Origin: Octopus sinensis
Taxonomy: Eukaryota
Reading direction: 5' to 3'
Length of the DNA: 64,000 nt
Assembly: GCF_006345805.1 (NCBI RefSeq)
Contig: NC_043010.1
Span: 20,460,001 to 20,524,000 of the forward strand
Positions within the stretch are counted from its first letter, which is position 1, and each line of letters starts with the position of its first letter. This document shows, in pieces, positions 37,706 through 49,119 of the stretch. Under the pieces are notes generated by a model. It had not been told where the DNA came from. It saw only the letters and a list, made by a program, of their open reading frames with translations, and made no database searches. The translations under genes and the position numbers were made by a program.

Positions 37706-38703
37706 AATGAAAACTTCTTATGATAGCATGAAATTGTAGCGGTATCACTAACTTTTTAATCATGATTAGCACAAGTAAAACTGGTTGACTATGTAAATAT
37801 TTCATTTCATATAAAAAATATATCTACATATATATGTGTGTGTATGTTTTATCCATCATAAAATTTCTGTGCATTATCCTTTTTTTATATTTTTCACTAC
37901 AATTCACCACAGGGAAAATTTTTGTTTATCGAACATTTTTGCTATATAGTTATATATACATATAAGTATATATGTATGTGTATCACACACACGTGTGTGT
38001 GTGTGTGTGTGTATAGGGTGTAAAGAAAGTCACTTAAGATTGAAGAGAAACAAGCTGGTATTAAAAGAATATTTTTTTAACAAACCAAAAAATATGTAAT
38101 CTTGTCAGTGACCAGGTTGCAGTTCATGTGACAACAATTTTGACACCAAATACCAAATAATAAATGTTTAATTAAAGTCAACAGTTGTTGTCTGCTTTTG
38201 AATGACTAACATGAGTCTGCTGTTCTGCAATTGTTTTTATATTTTGTTTCACTATTTCCTATTTTCTTTGCTCACGCAAGATTCTAGAGAGGAATGCAAA
38301 CAGATATCGTGAAGCTCAAGATACTTCAAAATTCTTAAAGATTTTATTGAAAAAGTGGGTTTGGTAATGCCAGAAATGTGTCCTAAATGCTGCCTGAAGA
38401 TTTTATGAAAATTTGCCAAGTTGCACTGAAGGTAGTAACTCACCTGTGGAGAAATGTTAATTTTATTAATTCAGATTTATTAATAAAGAAATTTTCTTGA
38501 TGTCTTATTTGACTTTTCTCGTTTCAAGTGTACTTGCTGTTTTGTTTAGAACTTGTGTATTGGCAAAGTTTGTACATTTATATATATTCATATACACTAT
38601 AGGAAGAATTCTCTGTAGAAGAAATGTTTGATCTAAAAACATTCCAAAATTTCTTGGCATAGAAAGCGTTTCTACATTTAGGAACCTTTCTGACTTTTGC
38701 TCA

Positions 38704-38918
38704 ATCTACATTATTTACATTATTTACATTTGACGGATATTTGTTACCTAAAAGACTGAAAAGATTATCTACATTGTTTACATTGGATAGATATTTGTCC
38801 TCATTTTGTTTGTTGTTAACACAACGTTTCAGCTGATATACCCTCCAGTCTTCATCAGGTGTCTTGGGGAAATTTCGAACATGGGTTCTCATTCTTAAGG
38901 TATTTTTCAATGCTATAA

Positions 38919-38949
<31 letters not shown>

Positions 38950-39201
38950 TATTATTATTATTATTATTCAGGTCACTGCTTGGAATTGAACTCGGAATCT
39001 TGAGGTTAGTAGTCTGTGCTCTTAACCACTACGCCATACCTTAAGAACAAGAACCTAGGTTTGAAATTTCCCAAAGACACCTAATGAAGGCTGGTGGGTA
39101 TATCAGCCGAAACATTGTGTTAACAACTAACAAATATGATGACAAATATCCGTCAAATGTAAATAATGTACATAATTCCACATCTCTTAAATATAGAACT
39201 G
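38704..39201 (-). mobile_element. HHR-SINE (minus, 38704-39040) followed by an inverted partial body with tail extension (plus, 39040-39201)
   Basis: Head TGGCGTAGTGG..GAGTTCAATTCC on minus strand; HHR motifs at 38818-38863 (-) and 39076-39121 (+). Confidence 0.85.
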
Positions 39202-39837
39202 TATTTTGCTGAATCTGTATTTCAAAAATAATTATTTTGATTGATGTCCTGGTTGCAAATTATGGCTTAACCATTTAGCTTTAACCTGACTATATCCAGC
39301 CCAAATATTCCACCAGTTTTATGGCCAAACTAACCAGATCCTGCCTCACACATCTACCCAAATAATGTCAGTTTGAAAATATGCATTCACATTATTGAAG
39401 TCTCTATGCTTCGGGAGGATAAATGATTAATTGAGAACAATCTGAATAAATAAATAAATTACATTTGACAGAATAATGTGAATGCAAAAAGGCGAATCCT
39501 TCTTTAATGCCAACCCAACTTGTTTGAGACAATCCCTGTTTCTAAGATACAAACTTCCTGTTTTAAAAAGTCAGGTCAGATATGGGGGCGCATGCTGTTG
39601 CCTCGACTGTTTGAAAGTGTTTGCTTGGGTCGTTCCTAGCAACCCTCTGAGCCATGGCCCTGTCAGTCCCCATCTCTGCCAGATATTGCACCATCTGTCA
39701 TGACCATGTGGCATGTGGCTGACCAATACAATCTGTCTCCCCAGTTGGATCTTCAGAGAAGATGGTGTGATATGTAGAATACAATTCAGAAAATTGAGCA
39801 ACATGACCAAACAGTCTGAGCTGGGTTTTTTTCCCTG

Positions 39838-40070
39838 AGCGAGGTCGTTGCCAGTACCGCCTGACTGGCCCCCGTGCCGGTGGCACGTAAAGGCACCCAC
39901 TACACTCTCGGAGTGGATGGCGTTAGGAAGGGCATCCAGCTGTAGAAACTCTGCCAGATCAAGACTGGAGCTTGGTGCAGCCATCTGGTTCGCCAGCCCA
40001 CAGTCAAACCATCCAACCCATGCTAGCATGGAAAGCGGACGTTAAACAACGATGATGATGATGATGATGA
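39838..40070 (+). mobile_element. RTE LINE 3' UTR fragment inserted next to an older minus-strand RTE relic (39600-39830)
   Basis: Matches the 8856-9050 region; adjacent peptide QLRLFGHVAQF. Confidence 0.8.
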
Positions 40071-40887
40071 AAGCAATCAATACTAATATCTTCCATCAAA
40101 ATTCCATATTAATCAAAGATTTAAACCAGTGATTGACCACCATGGGACTTAGTGAATGGCACACCTAAAGAAAAAAATTCCCTTTAAATAGGCGTAGGTA
40201 AGAAGCTTGCTTCTCAACCACATGGTTCTGGGTTCAGTCCCACCGTGTGGTACCTTGGGCACCTGTCTTCTTGGGGAAACCAAAGCTTTGTGAGTGGATT
40301 TGGTGGATGGAAACTGAAAGAAGCCTGTCATATATATGTGTGTGTATGTAGATGTGTGAGTGTGTGTATTTATCCCCCTACTACCGCTTCACAACTGGTG
40401 TTGGTGTGTTTATGTCCCATTAACTTAGTGGTTCAGTAAAAGAGACTGATAGAATAAATACTAAGCTTTAAAAAAATAATAATTGCTAGGGTTGGTTTGT
40501 TCAGCTAAATCTAACAACTGAAACAAGTTAAAGAGTAGGATAAAAGACAATTATTTTAGCAATGGCTCATGGCAAGCCATGTCTCATCATGTGACCTGCT
40601 TCTCAAAAGAGGTTCCCCCCCGCCCCGGCCTGGTCTACAACTAGTTTCATAATGACAAAGCTATATTACTAAATTTGGCATCAGTTCCAAAATTAATTGA
40701 AACAAAAGCCGAATATTTTAAGAGGAATGTGATTAACGAAGTGGTTAATTGTTGAAGATTTTGTACTTTTGTACTGGAAACATTTGCAAGAAGTTATTAC
40801 CATGCGGAAGGGTCTGTGAGTGCAATAAATAATATTGTTGGTGAAGAGGAAATTGAAATGGTAAGACGGAAGTGAGAGAGAGGGAGA

Positions 40888-40925
<38 letters not shown>

Positions 40926-41199
40926 GGAGATAGAGAAAGAAAGTGGTTAAAAAAATGAGGAAAAAAAGAAAAAGAGAGAAAACATAAGGGAGAGAAAAGA
41001 TGGTGGTGATGATGGTTAATGGAAGATTATTTGATTGAAATTTACTGATATTCATTGCCTTGGCACATCACCATCATCTTATGCTCTCTTACGCTCTCTC
41101 TTTCTCTCTCTCTCTCTCTGTCTCTCTCCCCACCCAACTGCAGTACCCATGTATATCTCCTCTGCAGCAAGACACTCCTTTCATCATCTTCATCATTAC

Positions 41200-41650
41200 C
41201 ACCACCAAAACCACCACCACCACCACCACCATCCCCACCACCACAAGCACTGCCACCACCACCACCACCACCATCCCCACCACCACAAGCACTGCCACCA
41301 CCACCACCACTACCACCACCACAACCACTGCCACCACCACCACCACCAACACCACCACCATCACTACCCCCCATTACCACCACCACCACCATTACCACCA
41401 CCACCACACCACCACCATCCCCACCACCACAAGCACTGCCACCACCACCACCACCACCATCCCCACCACCACAAGCACTGCCACCACCACCACCACTACC
41501 ACCACCACAACCACTGCCACCACCACCACCACCAACACCACCACCATCACTACCCCCCATTACCACCACCACCACCATTACCACCACCACCACCACCACA
41601 ACCACTGCCACCACGACGACCACCACCACCACCGCCACTACCATTTTCAT
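41200..41650. repeat. (CAC)n-derived repeat with a ~186-bp internal tandem duplication
   Basis: atccccaccaccacaagcactgcc blocks start at 41231 and 41417. Confidence 0.85.
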
Positions 41651-41949
41651 CATCATCAGCAGCATACTCTAACCTCCCATCACCCAGTACAAAGCCACCT
41701 CCTTCAGTACACTGCCCTCTTGAGAGATCTTTGTTTTGCAAGTTACTTGGTGCCCTCACCGGTGTTGGTGCCACACACACACACACAAAAAAAAGCACCG
41801 AGTACACTCTGTAAGGTGGTTGGCATAAGGAAGGGCATACAACCATAGAAACCAAGGCAAAACAGATGACTGGGGCCTGGTGCAGCCACCTGGTTTGACA
41901 GTTACCGGCCAAACCATCCAACCCATGCCAACAAGGAAGATGGACTTTA

Positions 41950-42045
41950 AATGATGACGACGACGACGATGATGAAAATGATGGTGATGCTGCTGCTACT
42001 GTTGCTGATGGTGATGATGGTGATGATGATGATGATGATAAAAAC

Positions 42046-42076
<31 letters not shown>

Positions 42077-42240
42077 ATGATGGTGATGGTGATGATGATG
42101 AAAACGATGGTGATGGTGATGATGATGATTGTAATGATGATGATGATGATGACGGTGGTGATGATGATGATGATGATAATGATGATGGTGGTGGTGGTGA
42201 TGATGATGAAAACGATGGTGATGATGATGATGATGGCAAT
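41950..42240. repeat. (GAT/GGT)n expansion continuing from an RTE tail
   Basis: Follows RTE 3' UTR 41760-41950. Confidence 0.85.
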
Positions 42241-42785
42241 TGATCCAGTATATCAGACACCCTCAATAAAAAAGATTTTAAACAACAGAAACAACATTCT
42301 ACAACCAAACTCCTGAATATCCAAGGGGGAAAAGGACCCACAGGCTCAAAGGGTTAATTGTGCGTTTGTATCTGGTTTATTCAAATCTATAAACAATCAA
42401 TATTTTTTTTAATGTTTCCAATCAACTTGTATCGATCCTTTTACTGCTCATATTTGAAAGAAGCTGGTTTAGTTCCGTTCTTACTTTAAAATACATTAGT
42501 AACAGACAGGTATTCAAAAGACAGACCTGATCGAAGTCATTGCGTTTAATATTTGGATATTAAAACCAACATCAAAAGATTTGTTATCATGAAATGAGTA
42601 ATAGTGATCAAGGGAATATTTTAAACAGACATAATGAACATAATTACAGAAAGCCATCGTTAACACAATTTTTTGGTTTTTCTGAATTGGGGTCACTAGG
42701 TTAATTGATACTAAAAGAGTACAGAAACTTCAAGTTAGGGAGCATCATGAAGACTTCTTTTCTGTGAATAAAGGTGCAGGCATGT

Positions 42786-43005
42786 AAGGCGGCGAATTGG
42801 CAGAAATGTTAGCACGCTGGGCAAAATGGTTAGTGGTATTTTGTCTGTCCTTACGTTCTGAGTTCAAATTCTGCCGAGGTTGACTTTACCTTTCATCCTT
42901 TTGGAGGTTGATAAATTAAGTACCAGTTGCATACTGGGGTCAATCTAATCGACTGCCCTGTCCCCTAGCCCAGAATTTCGGGCCTTGTGCCAAGAGTAAA
43001 AAAGA
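42786..43005 (+). mobile_element. SINE family C (tRNA-derived, Nin-domain-like), full length
   Basis: A box aattggcagaa, B box gagttcaaattc, central cctttcatcctt..gg.gg.tgataaattaagtacca resembling the Nin domain. Confidence 0.8.
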
Positions 43006-43173
43006 ATAAAGATGCAGGCATGGCTGTGTGCTAAGAAGTTTGCTTCCCAACCACATGGTTCTGGGTTCAGTCCCACCATGTGACACCTTGGGCAAGTGTC
43101 TTCTGCTATAGTCTCAAACCAACCTTGTGAGTGGATTTGGTAGATGGAAACTGAAAGAAGCCTGTTGTATATA

Positions 43174-43228
<55 letters not shown>

Positions 43229-43299
43229 TCATCATCATCATTTAGCGTCCGTTTTCCATGCTAGCATGGGTTGGACATATATATATATATATATATATA

Positions 43300-44523
43300 T
43301 TGGTCATCCCATAAATAATGTGATCTTTTTATACTTCTTTTATTTTTCAAAATTAAGATAAACAAAGTTATTTTTTAATCTAAAATATTCTCTCATTTTC
43401 TACAATGCTCTTCCATCTATCTGGTAGACTTGCAAGGACCCTCTTCTAAAATTCACTTGTTCATGGTGAACAATACTCCTCCAGTACTGTTCTGATCACA
43501 TCTACAGAAATCAATTCATATTTTTTTTGTCCAAATAATTTTGAAGACTGTAGAATAAATAATAATCAGATGGGACAATGTCTGGCAAATATGGTGTGTT
43601 TGGCCGAGCATTATCCAGATGGAAGAGCACCTTTTGTCTTGAAACCAAAGATGGTTGTTTTTCTTCTAGTGCTGACTTAAGTCACTCAAGCTGCTCACAG
43701 TTGATCTCCTATCATTTGGTTTGGGTTTAAAAGTTCAAAGTGGACTAAATATTTCCTATCCCACTAAACAGATAACAACACCTTACATGGGTGAAGATCT
43801 TCTCTGGCCTGGGGTGCCGGTGTTTCTCCTTTTCTTACCGACTGTCTTTGGCATTTGAAATTTTTGTAGAGAACCCATTTCTCATCACCAGTCACTATTC
43901 AGCCCCAAAAAGATTCATTCGTGAGATGTGACAGCAAAGAAGAGCACATTCACTCTCTGCATGCGATTAGACTTGGATAGTTTATGAGGAACCCATTGTC
44001 CCAATTTGCTGACTTTTCTGATGGCATGCAGGTATCAATGAATAATTGAATGACCAAATCCATGCTTCTTTGCTAGTTCCTCAACAGTTATGATGGGATT
44101 TTGTTCCACCAGGGTTTGCTGAAAATCCTCATCAAGCTCTACAGATCTTCCAGGATGAGGCTTGTCTTCTAGGTTGTAGTTTCCAGCTTGGAATTTCTGG
44201 AACCACCGTTGACACTGGTTTACGCTTATTGTCCACTCCCCATACACTGCATTAATATTCCTCGTGCTTTCTGTTGCGTTGCCTTTATTGAACTCATAAA
44301 GCAAAATATGCTGAATATGTTCCTTTGTCACTTCCATTATAGCTTTGAAAAAAAAATAACTGTTAAAATTGAATTGCACTCTTCAAAACTTGCACTAAGA
44401 ATAAGTAAAAGGTAAAATTACTACCTGCTTTTATAGAAAGTTGATGCATGTAATTTATCCCATCCCCCTCTGACTTTTAGCTCGTGATTGAAAAAAAAAC
44501 CTTTTATTTATGGGCTGACCCAA
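43300..44523 (-). mobile_element. Full-length degenerate mariner transposon
   Basis: TIRs ttggtcatcccataaataa / ttatttatgggctgacccaa in (TA)n; MEVTKEHIQHILLYEF.., QWVPHKL, IVTGDEKWV, HLDNARP, PDIVPSDYYLF. Confidence 0.9.
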
Positions 44524-44631
44524 TATATATATATGTGAATAATATGACATAAATATGGAAAATACTAGGCTTTAATAGCAAATCACAACATTTGCTTTTG
44601 CTCCAGACACCAGCTGACTTCCCTTTTAAAT

Positions 44632-44815
44632 ATCACTAAATATAATTATACTTCAGAATAACTACATGAATAAATATTATTCAGTGACAGCTGTGTGTTG
44701 GTGTTATCCCAGGTGGAATGCAATCAAGTGCTTGGTGACAAACAACACACAGCAGCTGTTACGGAATAATATTTATTCATATAGTTTATTCTAAAGAATA
44801 TTTATATTTAATGAT
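44632..44815. mobile_element. Short foldback/MITE-like palindrome
   Basis: ~70-bp imperfect inverted arms (..atgaataaatattattcagtgacagctg / cagctgttacggaataatatttattcat..). Confidence 0.7.
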
Positions 44816-44993
44816 GTAACAAACTGAGGAAAAGAACTTCAAAGGGGTTGTTTAAACATCTAATTCCCTGGTACTTCAGTTTGGATACCATATAAATATT
44901 GGTATAATTCAATAATAAAGATAATTTGAATATAGAAGTGGTTTATGTATAATTGAACAGTGATTATGTATATCAGAAAAAAAATATATAAGT

Positions 44994-45475
44994 CGAAACA
45001 ATGGGTCTTTACCTTTTGACCTACAGATTTAAAAAATAATTTTTTGTAACACTTTCAAACTTTGGACACTGGTAGAATATTTCATATAAAATATATTTTA
45101 CTCTTAGCATTTTTGAGAAAAACTTATATTTACAAAGTAATTTCACGTTGAAGTAGTCCTATTTCAGTAATTTCAACCAATCAATGACGTGTCTTTTCAG
45201 CTGAATAAAATTACTGCTGTTGTTTGTCAACAAGAACTTCCGGCAGTGTATTTTTTGTTTGTCACTGTTATTTATGACAACCCTAACCCGAAAACCCGAA
45301 AACCTTAACCCTAACCCTAACCCTAACCCTAAAACCTTAAAGCTAAAACCAGTACAAATGCATGAACGATGTGATAAATAACAGTGACAAACGAAAAATA
45401 CACCACCAAAAGTAGAATCATTTAAACACGTTTTCTACTTTGCAATTTCAAATTGTTAAAATCCCATTGTTTTTT
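44994..45475. mobile_element. Non-autonomous element with nested inverted repeats around interstitial (CCCTAA)n
   Basis: Outer IR aaacaatggg / cccattgttt; inner 34-bp IR at ~45246-45279 and 45370-45403; telomeric repeats at 45279-45336. Confidence 0.65.
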
Positions 45476-45534
45476 TTTTTAATATGTTTCTACCATTGAT
45501 AAACAAAAAATTGTTGAAAATAAATTCTGTTACA

Positions 45535-45782
45535 TATATGGTGGTTGTCTACTCCTTGTGCAGAGTTTGAGCACCTCCTGTACCGACACCTTAGCACATC
45601 ATGGCATCTGATGTGGCTTTTTAAACCAGACAATGTTTTGAAAAGGCACCCACATAGATTGCACCTCAGATTTGGGACCACCAATAGCTGCAGATAAGTT
45701 TAGGTTTGGTCTTTGTGGATCTTAAAATGTCCTTTGAGGCCTCTGTTAGATTTGCATACCTTCTGGCATACATTGCACAGAC
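45535..45782 (-). pseudogene. Probable LINE (RTE-like) 3' end encoding two C2H2 fingers
   Basis: CNVCQKVCKSNRGLKGHFKIH and CNLCGCLFKTLSGLKSHIRCH separated by an in-frame stop; no TGEKP linker. Confidence 0.55.
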
Positions 45783-46764
45783 ATATATATACAATATATA
45801 CACACCACACACACACATAGACAAATATCACAATTAAAAAAGAGCTACAAATAGTTTTATGCTTTAAGATACATTAAATTGGCAGATATATATATGACAT
45901 GCAATGTACCTCCAAACAATTTTTGAGGCTCTGTTCATAATGTTCGATGTATTTAAAAAACCAAGGAGCTAGTTTATGAGAAAACATGAGAAAAAAAAAA
46001 AGCAAGGAGAAAAAATGCAACAGTAATATACATATATTATAGACCCCAGGGAAGATAAATCTCAAGCACTGATACTTTGGTGAAATTTGAACCAAGATTC
46101 TACAAGAACACTGCAAAGACTCCTTGTCAGACAATATTATGTGCATGTTTTGGCACATATTTTGCCATTCTGTGAAGAATTAGCCACAGCAAAATATCCA
46201 TTAACTGAAGAACTGCAAAAAAATAAAAACAAGAAAAAAACCCACGGAAAACAAATAACAACAAAAGTATAAAGAATATGGTCAGAACTCACCCTATAGA
46301 GATGTTGAGAAGTAATATTCTCCAGAGGTAAACATTAATGTCCACAAGAGTACCTTCCGTGATTCCTCACTTGGTGAGAATTTCGATGTTCTAATATTCC
46401 ATGAAATGGTTGGTAAAAACCTATAATAAAAACAAGCATAGATATTAACACACACATATATATATATAGGTAGATGTAAACATGCCTCTTAAACATCCAT
46501 CCACCTACACACCTACCCACCTACCTACCTACCTACCTGTTATCCTGTCTACCTGTCTGTCTATTTATCTATTTACCATCTCTCTCTATCTCTAACTATC
46601 CAGCTGGCTACAACTGTATGTATGTGTGTGTGTGTGTATGGGGGGGTGTGTATGTATGTCTGAGAGGGGAATGTGTTGAATAAAATCATAATTAACCAAT
46701 CCTTCTGTATTTTCTTTTACCCAAAGCCAGGAACTTTATCCCCATCTCATCATACATATATATA

Positions 46765-46914
46765 GGCGCAAAGGCCCAGTGGTTAGGGCAGCGCACTCGC
46801 GGTTGTAGGATTGCGGTTTTGATTCCCAGACCGGGCATTGTGAGTGTTTATTGAGCGAAAACACCTAAAGCTCCACGAAGCTCCGGCAGGGGGTGGTGGC
46901 GATCCCTGCTGTAC
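46765..46914 (+). mobile_element. SINE family D head (tRNA-derived)
   Basis: ggcccagtggttagggc A box, ggttttgattccc B box; homologous to the reverse complement of 62022-62171. Confidence 0.75.
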
Positions 46915-47205
46915 AAATAAAGGCTGATGCCAGTGCCGCCTTGACTGGCTTCCATGCTGGTGGCACGTAAAAAGCACCAATTCGATTGTGGCCATTGCCA
47001 GCCTCACCTGGCACGTAAAAAGCGCCCACTACACTCACAGAGTGGTTGGCGTTAGGAAGGGCATCCAGTTGTAGAAACACTGCCAGATCAGACTGGAGCC
47101 TAGTGCAGCCTTCTGGCTTCACAGATCCCGGTCAAACCGTCAAACTCATGCTAGCATGGAGAACGGACATTAAACGATGATGATGATGATGATGATGATG
47201 ATGAT
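46915..47205 (+). mobile_element. RTE 3' UTR fragment with (GAT)n tail
   Basis: Homologous to 8856-9130. Confidence 0.85.
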
Positions 47206-47492
47206 ATATACATACACACACACATTTATATATGTGTGTGTGTATGTATGTGTTTGTCCCCCACGCACACTGTCACATATTGTTTGACAACTATTGTTGC
47301 TTTACTCTCTTTTTTACTCTTTTACTTATTTCAGTCATTTGACTGTGGCCATGCTGGAGTACCGCCTTTAGTCGAGCAAATTGAACCCTGGACTTATTCT
47401 TTGTAAGCCTAGTACTTATTCTATCGGTCTCTTTTGCCGAACTGCTAAGTTACGGGGACGTAAACACAGACGTAGAAACATACACACATACG

Positions 47493-47526
<34 letters not shown>

Positions 47527-47756
47527 TATAGTCTGATCTGGCAGTGTTTCTACAACTGGATGCCCTTCCTAACGCCAACCACTCTGTGAGTGTAGTGGGC
47601 GCTTTTTACGTGCCAGGTGAGGCTGGCAATGGCCACAATCGAATTGGTGCTTTTTACGTGCCACCAGCATGGAAGCCAGTCAAGGCGGCACTGGCATCAG
47701 CCTTTATTTGTACAGCAGGGATCGCCACCACCCCCTGCCGGAGCTTCGTGGAGCTT

Positions 47757-48171
47757 TAGGCGCAGGAGTGGCTGTGTGGTAAGTAGCTTGTTTACCAACC
47801 ACATGGTTCCGGGTTCAGTCCAACTGCGTGGCACCTTGGGCAAGTGTCTTCTACTATAGTCTCGGGCCGACCAAAGCCTTGTGAGTGGATTTGGTAGACG
47901 GAAACTGAAAGAAGCCCGTCGTATATATGTATATATATATGCGTGTGTGTTTGTGCGTCTGTGTTTGTCCCCCTAGCATTGCTTGACAACTGATGCTGGT
48001 GTGTTTATGTCCCCATCACTTAGCGGTTCAACAAAAAGAGACCGATAGAATAAGTACTGGGGCTTACAAAAGAATAAGTCCCGGGGTCGAGTTGCTCGAT
48101 TAAAGGCGGTGCTCCAGCATGGCCGCAGTCAAATGACTGAAACAAGTAAAAGAGTAAAAGAGTAAAAGAGT
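47757..48171 (+). mobile_element. SINE family A, young full-length copy nested in a minus-strand family A copy (47304-47470 plus 48200-48361)
   Basis: CpG-rich, near-consensus sequence; tail (gtaaaaga)n. Confidence 0.9.
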
Positions 48172-48808
48172 ATATATATATATACACGCACATATATACG
48201 TTGTGCTTCTTTCAGTTTCCATCTACCAAATCCACTCACAAGGCTTTGGTTGGCCTGAAGCTATAGTAGAAGACACTTGCGCAAGGTGCCACACAGTGGG
48301 AATGAACCCAGAACCATGTGGTTGGTAAGCAAGCTACTTACCATATAGCCACTCCTACGCTTTGTTCATATCCTTGTAACTTAGCAGTTCAGTCAAAAGA
48401 GACCAATGGAATAAGGGTCAAACTTAGAAGAATATAAATACTGGAGTTAATTTGTTTGACTAAACCTTTCAAATCAGTGCTCCAGCATGGCTGCAGTCCA
48501 ATAACTGAAACATGCAAAAGATAAAAGACACACACACACACACACACGTTTATTAGGTAAGAGCGAACAGACATAATGCAAAGCTTCAATAAATATACTA
48601 AAACCCCACATGTGCTCAGATTACAAATGGGTGACCCTATTTAATGAAATCCTTATCACTACTTTACCAATTACGTTGAAGTCTATACTTTGCTGATGAG
48701 GTTTAACAAGAGACAAACATGCTTCGAGTTGTCTTTCCATACTTGCCAAATTATAAAAAAAACATTATTAGTCATTCAGTTTAGTATTTTTCCTCTCCTT
48801 GGCACACA

Positions 48809-48987
48809 ACTTGAAAATTACCTGATAAACATTTAAGTGGTAATGAACACATTTAGAGCCAAGCATCAAATCATCAGCATCACCCATCTAAGCCTAGTTA
48901 GTACTTAGATGGGTGATGATGATGATTTGATGCTCGGCTCTAAATGTGTTCATTACCACTTAACTGTTTATCAGGTAATTTTCAAGT
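48809..48987. repeat. Near-perfect palindrome (84-bp arms, 11-nt loop) with a 5S-rRNA-like centre
   Basis: 48809-48892 versus 48904-48987: 3 mismatches; gcctagttagtacttagatgggtga resembles the 5S internal control region. Confidence 0.85.
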
Positions 48988-49082
48988 AGATCACATCAGA
49001 ACAATCATTTTTAATTTATACATATCTCTTTACACACACTTACACATTAAATTACATGTGTACACATATACCTATACATACA

Positions 49083-49118
<36 letters not shown>

Positions 49119-49119
49119 T

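Noticed and set aside
41035-42341. Long His/Pro/Thr-rich or Met/Asp-rich ORFs (also 12171-12571, 30266-30585, 31120-31681)
   Set aside because: Trinucleotide repeats open in several frames on both strands; no splice or domain evidence
45279-45336. Chromosome end or fusion site
   Set aside because: Short single-orientation array inside an inverted-repeat element
46335-46430. Minus-strand acceptor (ttttattatag) and possible small exon
   Set aside because: No recognisable peptide, weak donor and no neighbouring exons
48688-48728. ctgatgaggtttaacaagagacaaacatg as another hammerhead
   Set aside because: GAAA lacks its G and stems I and III are weak; too degenerate to call from a single copy
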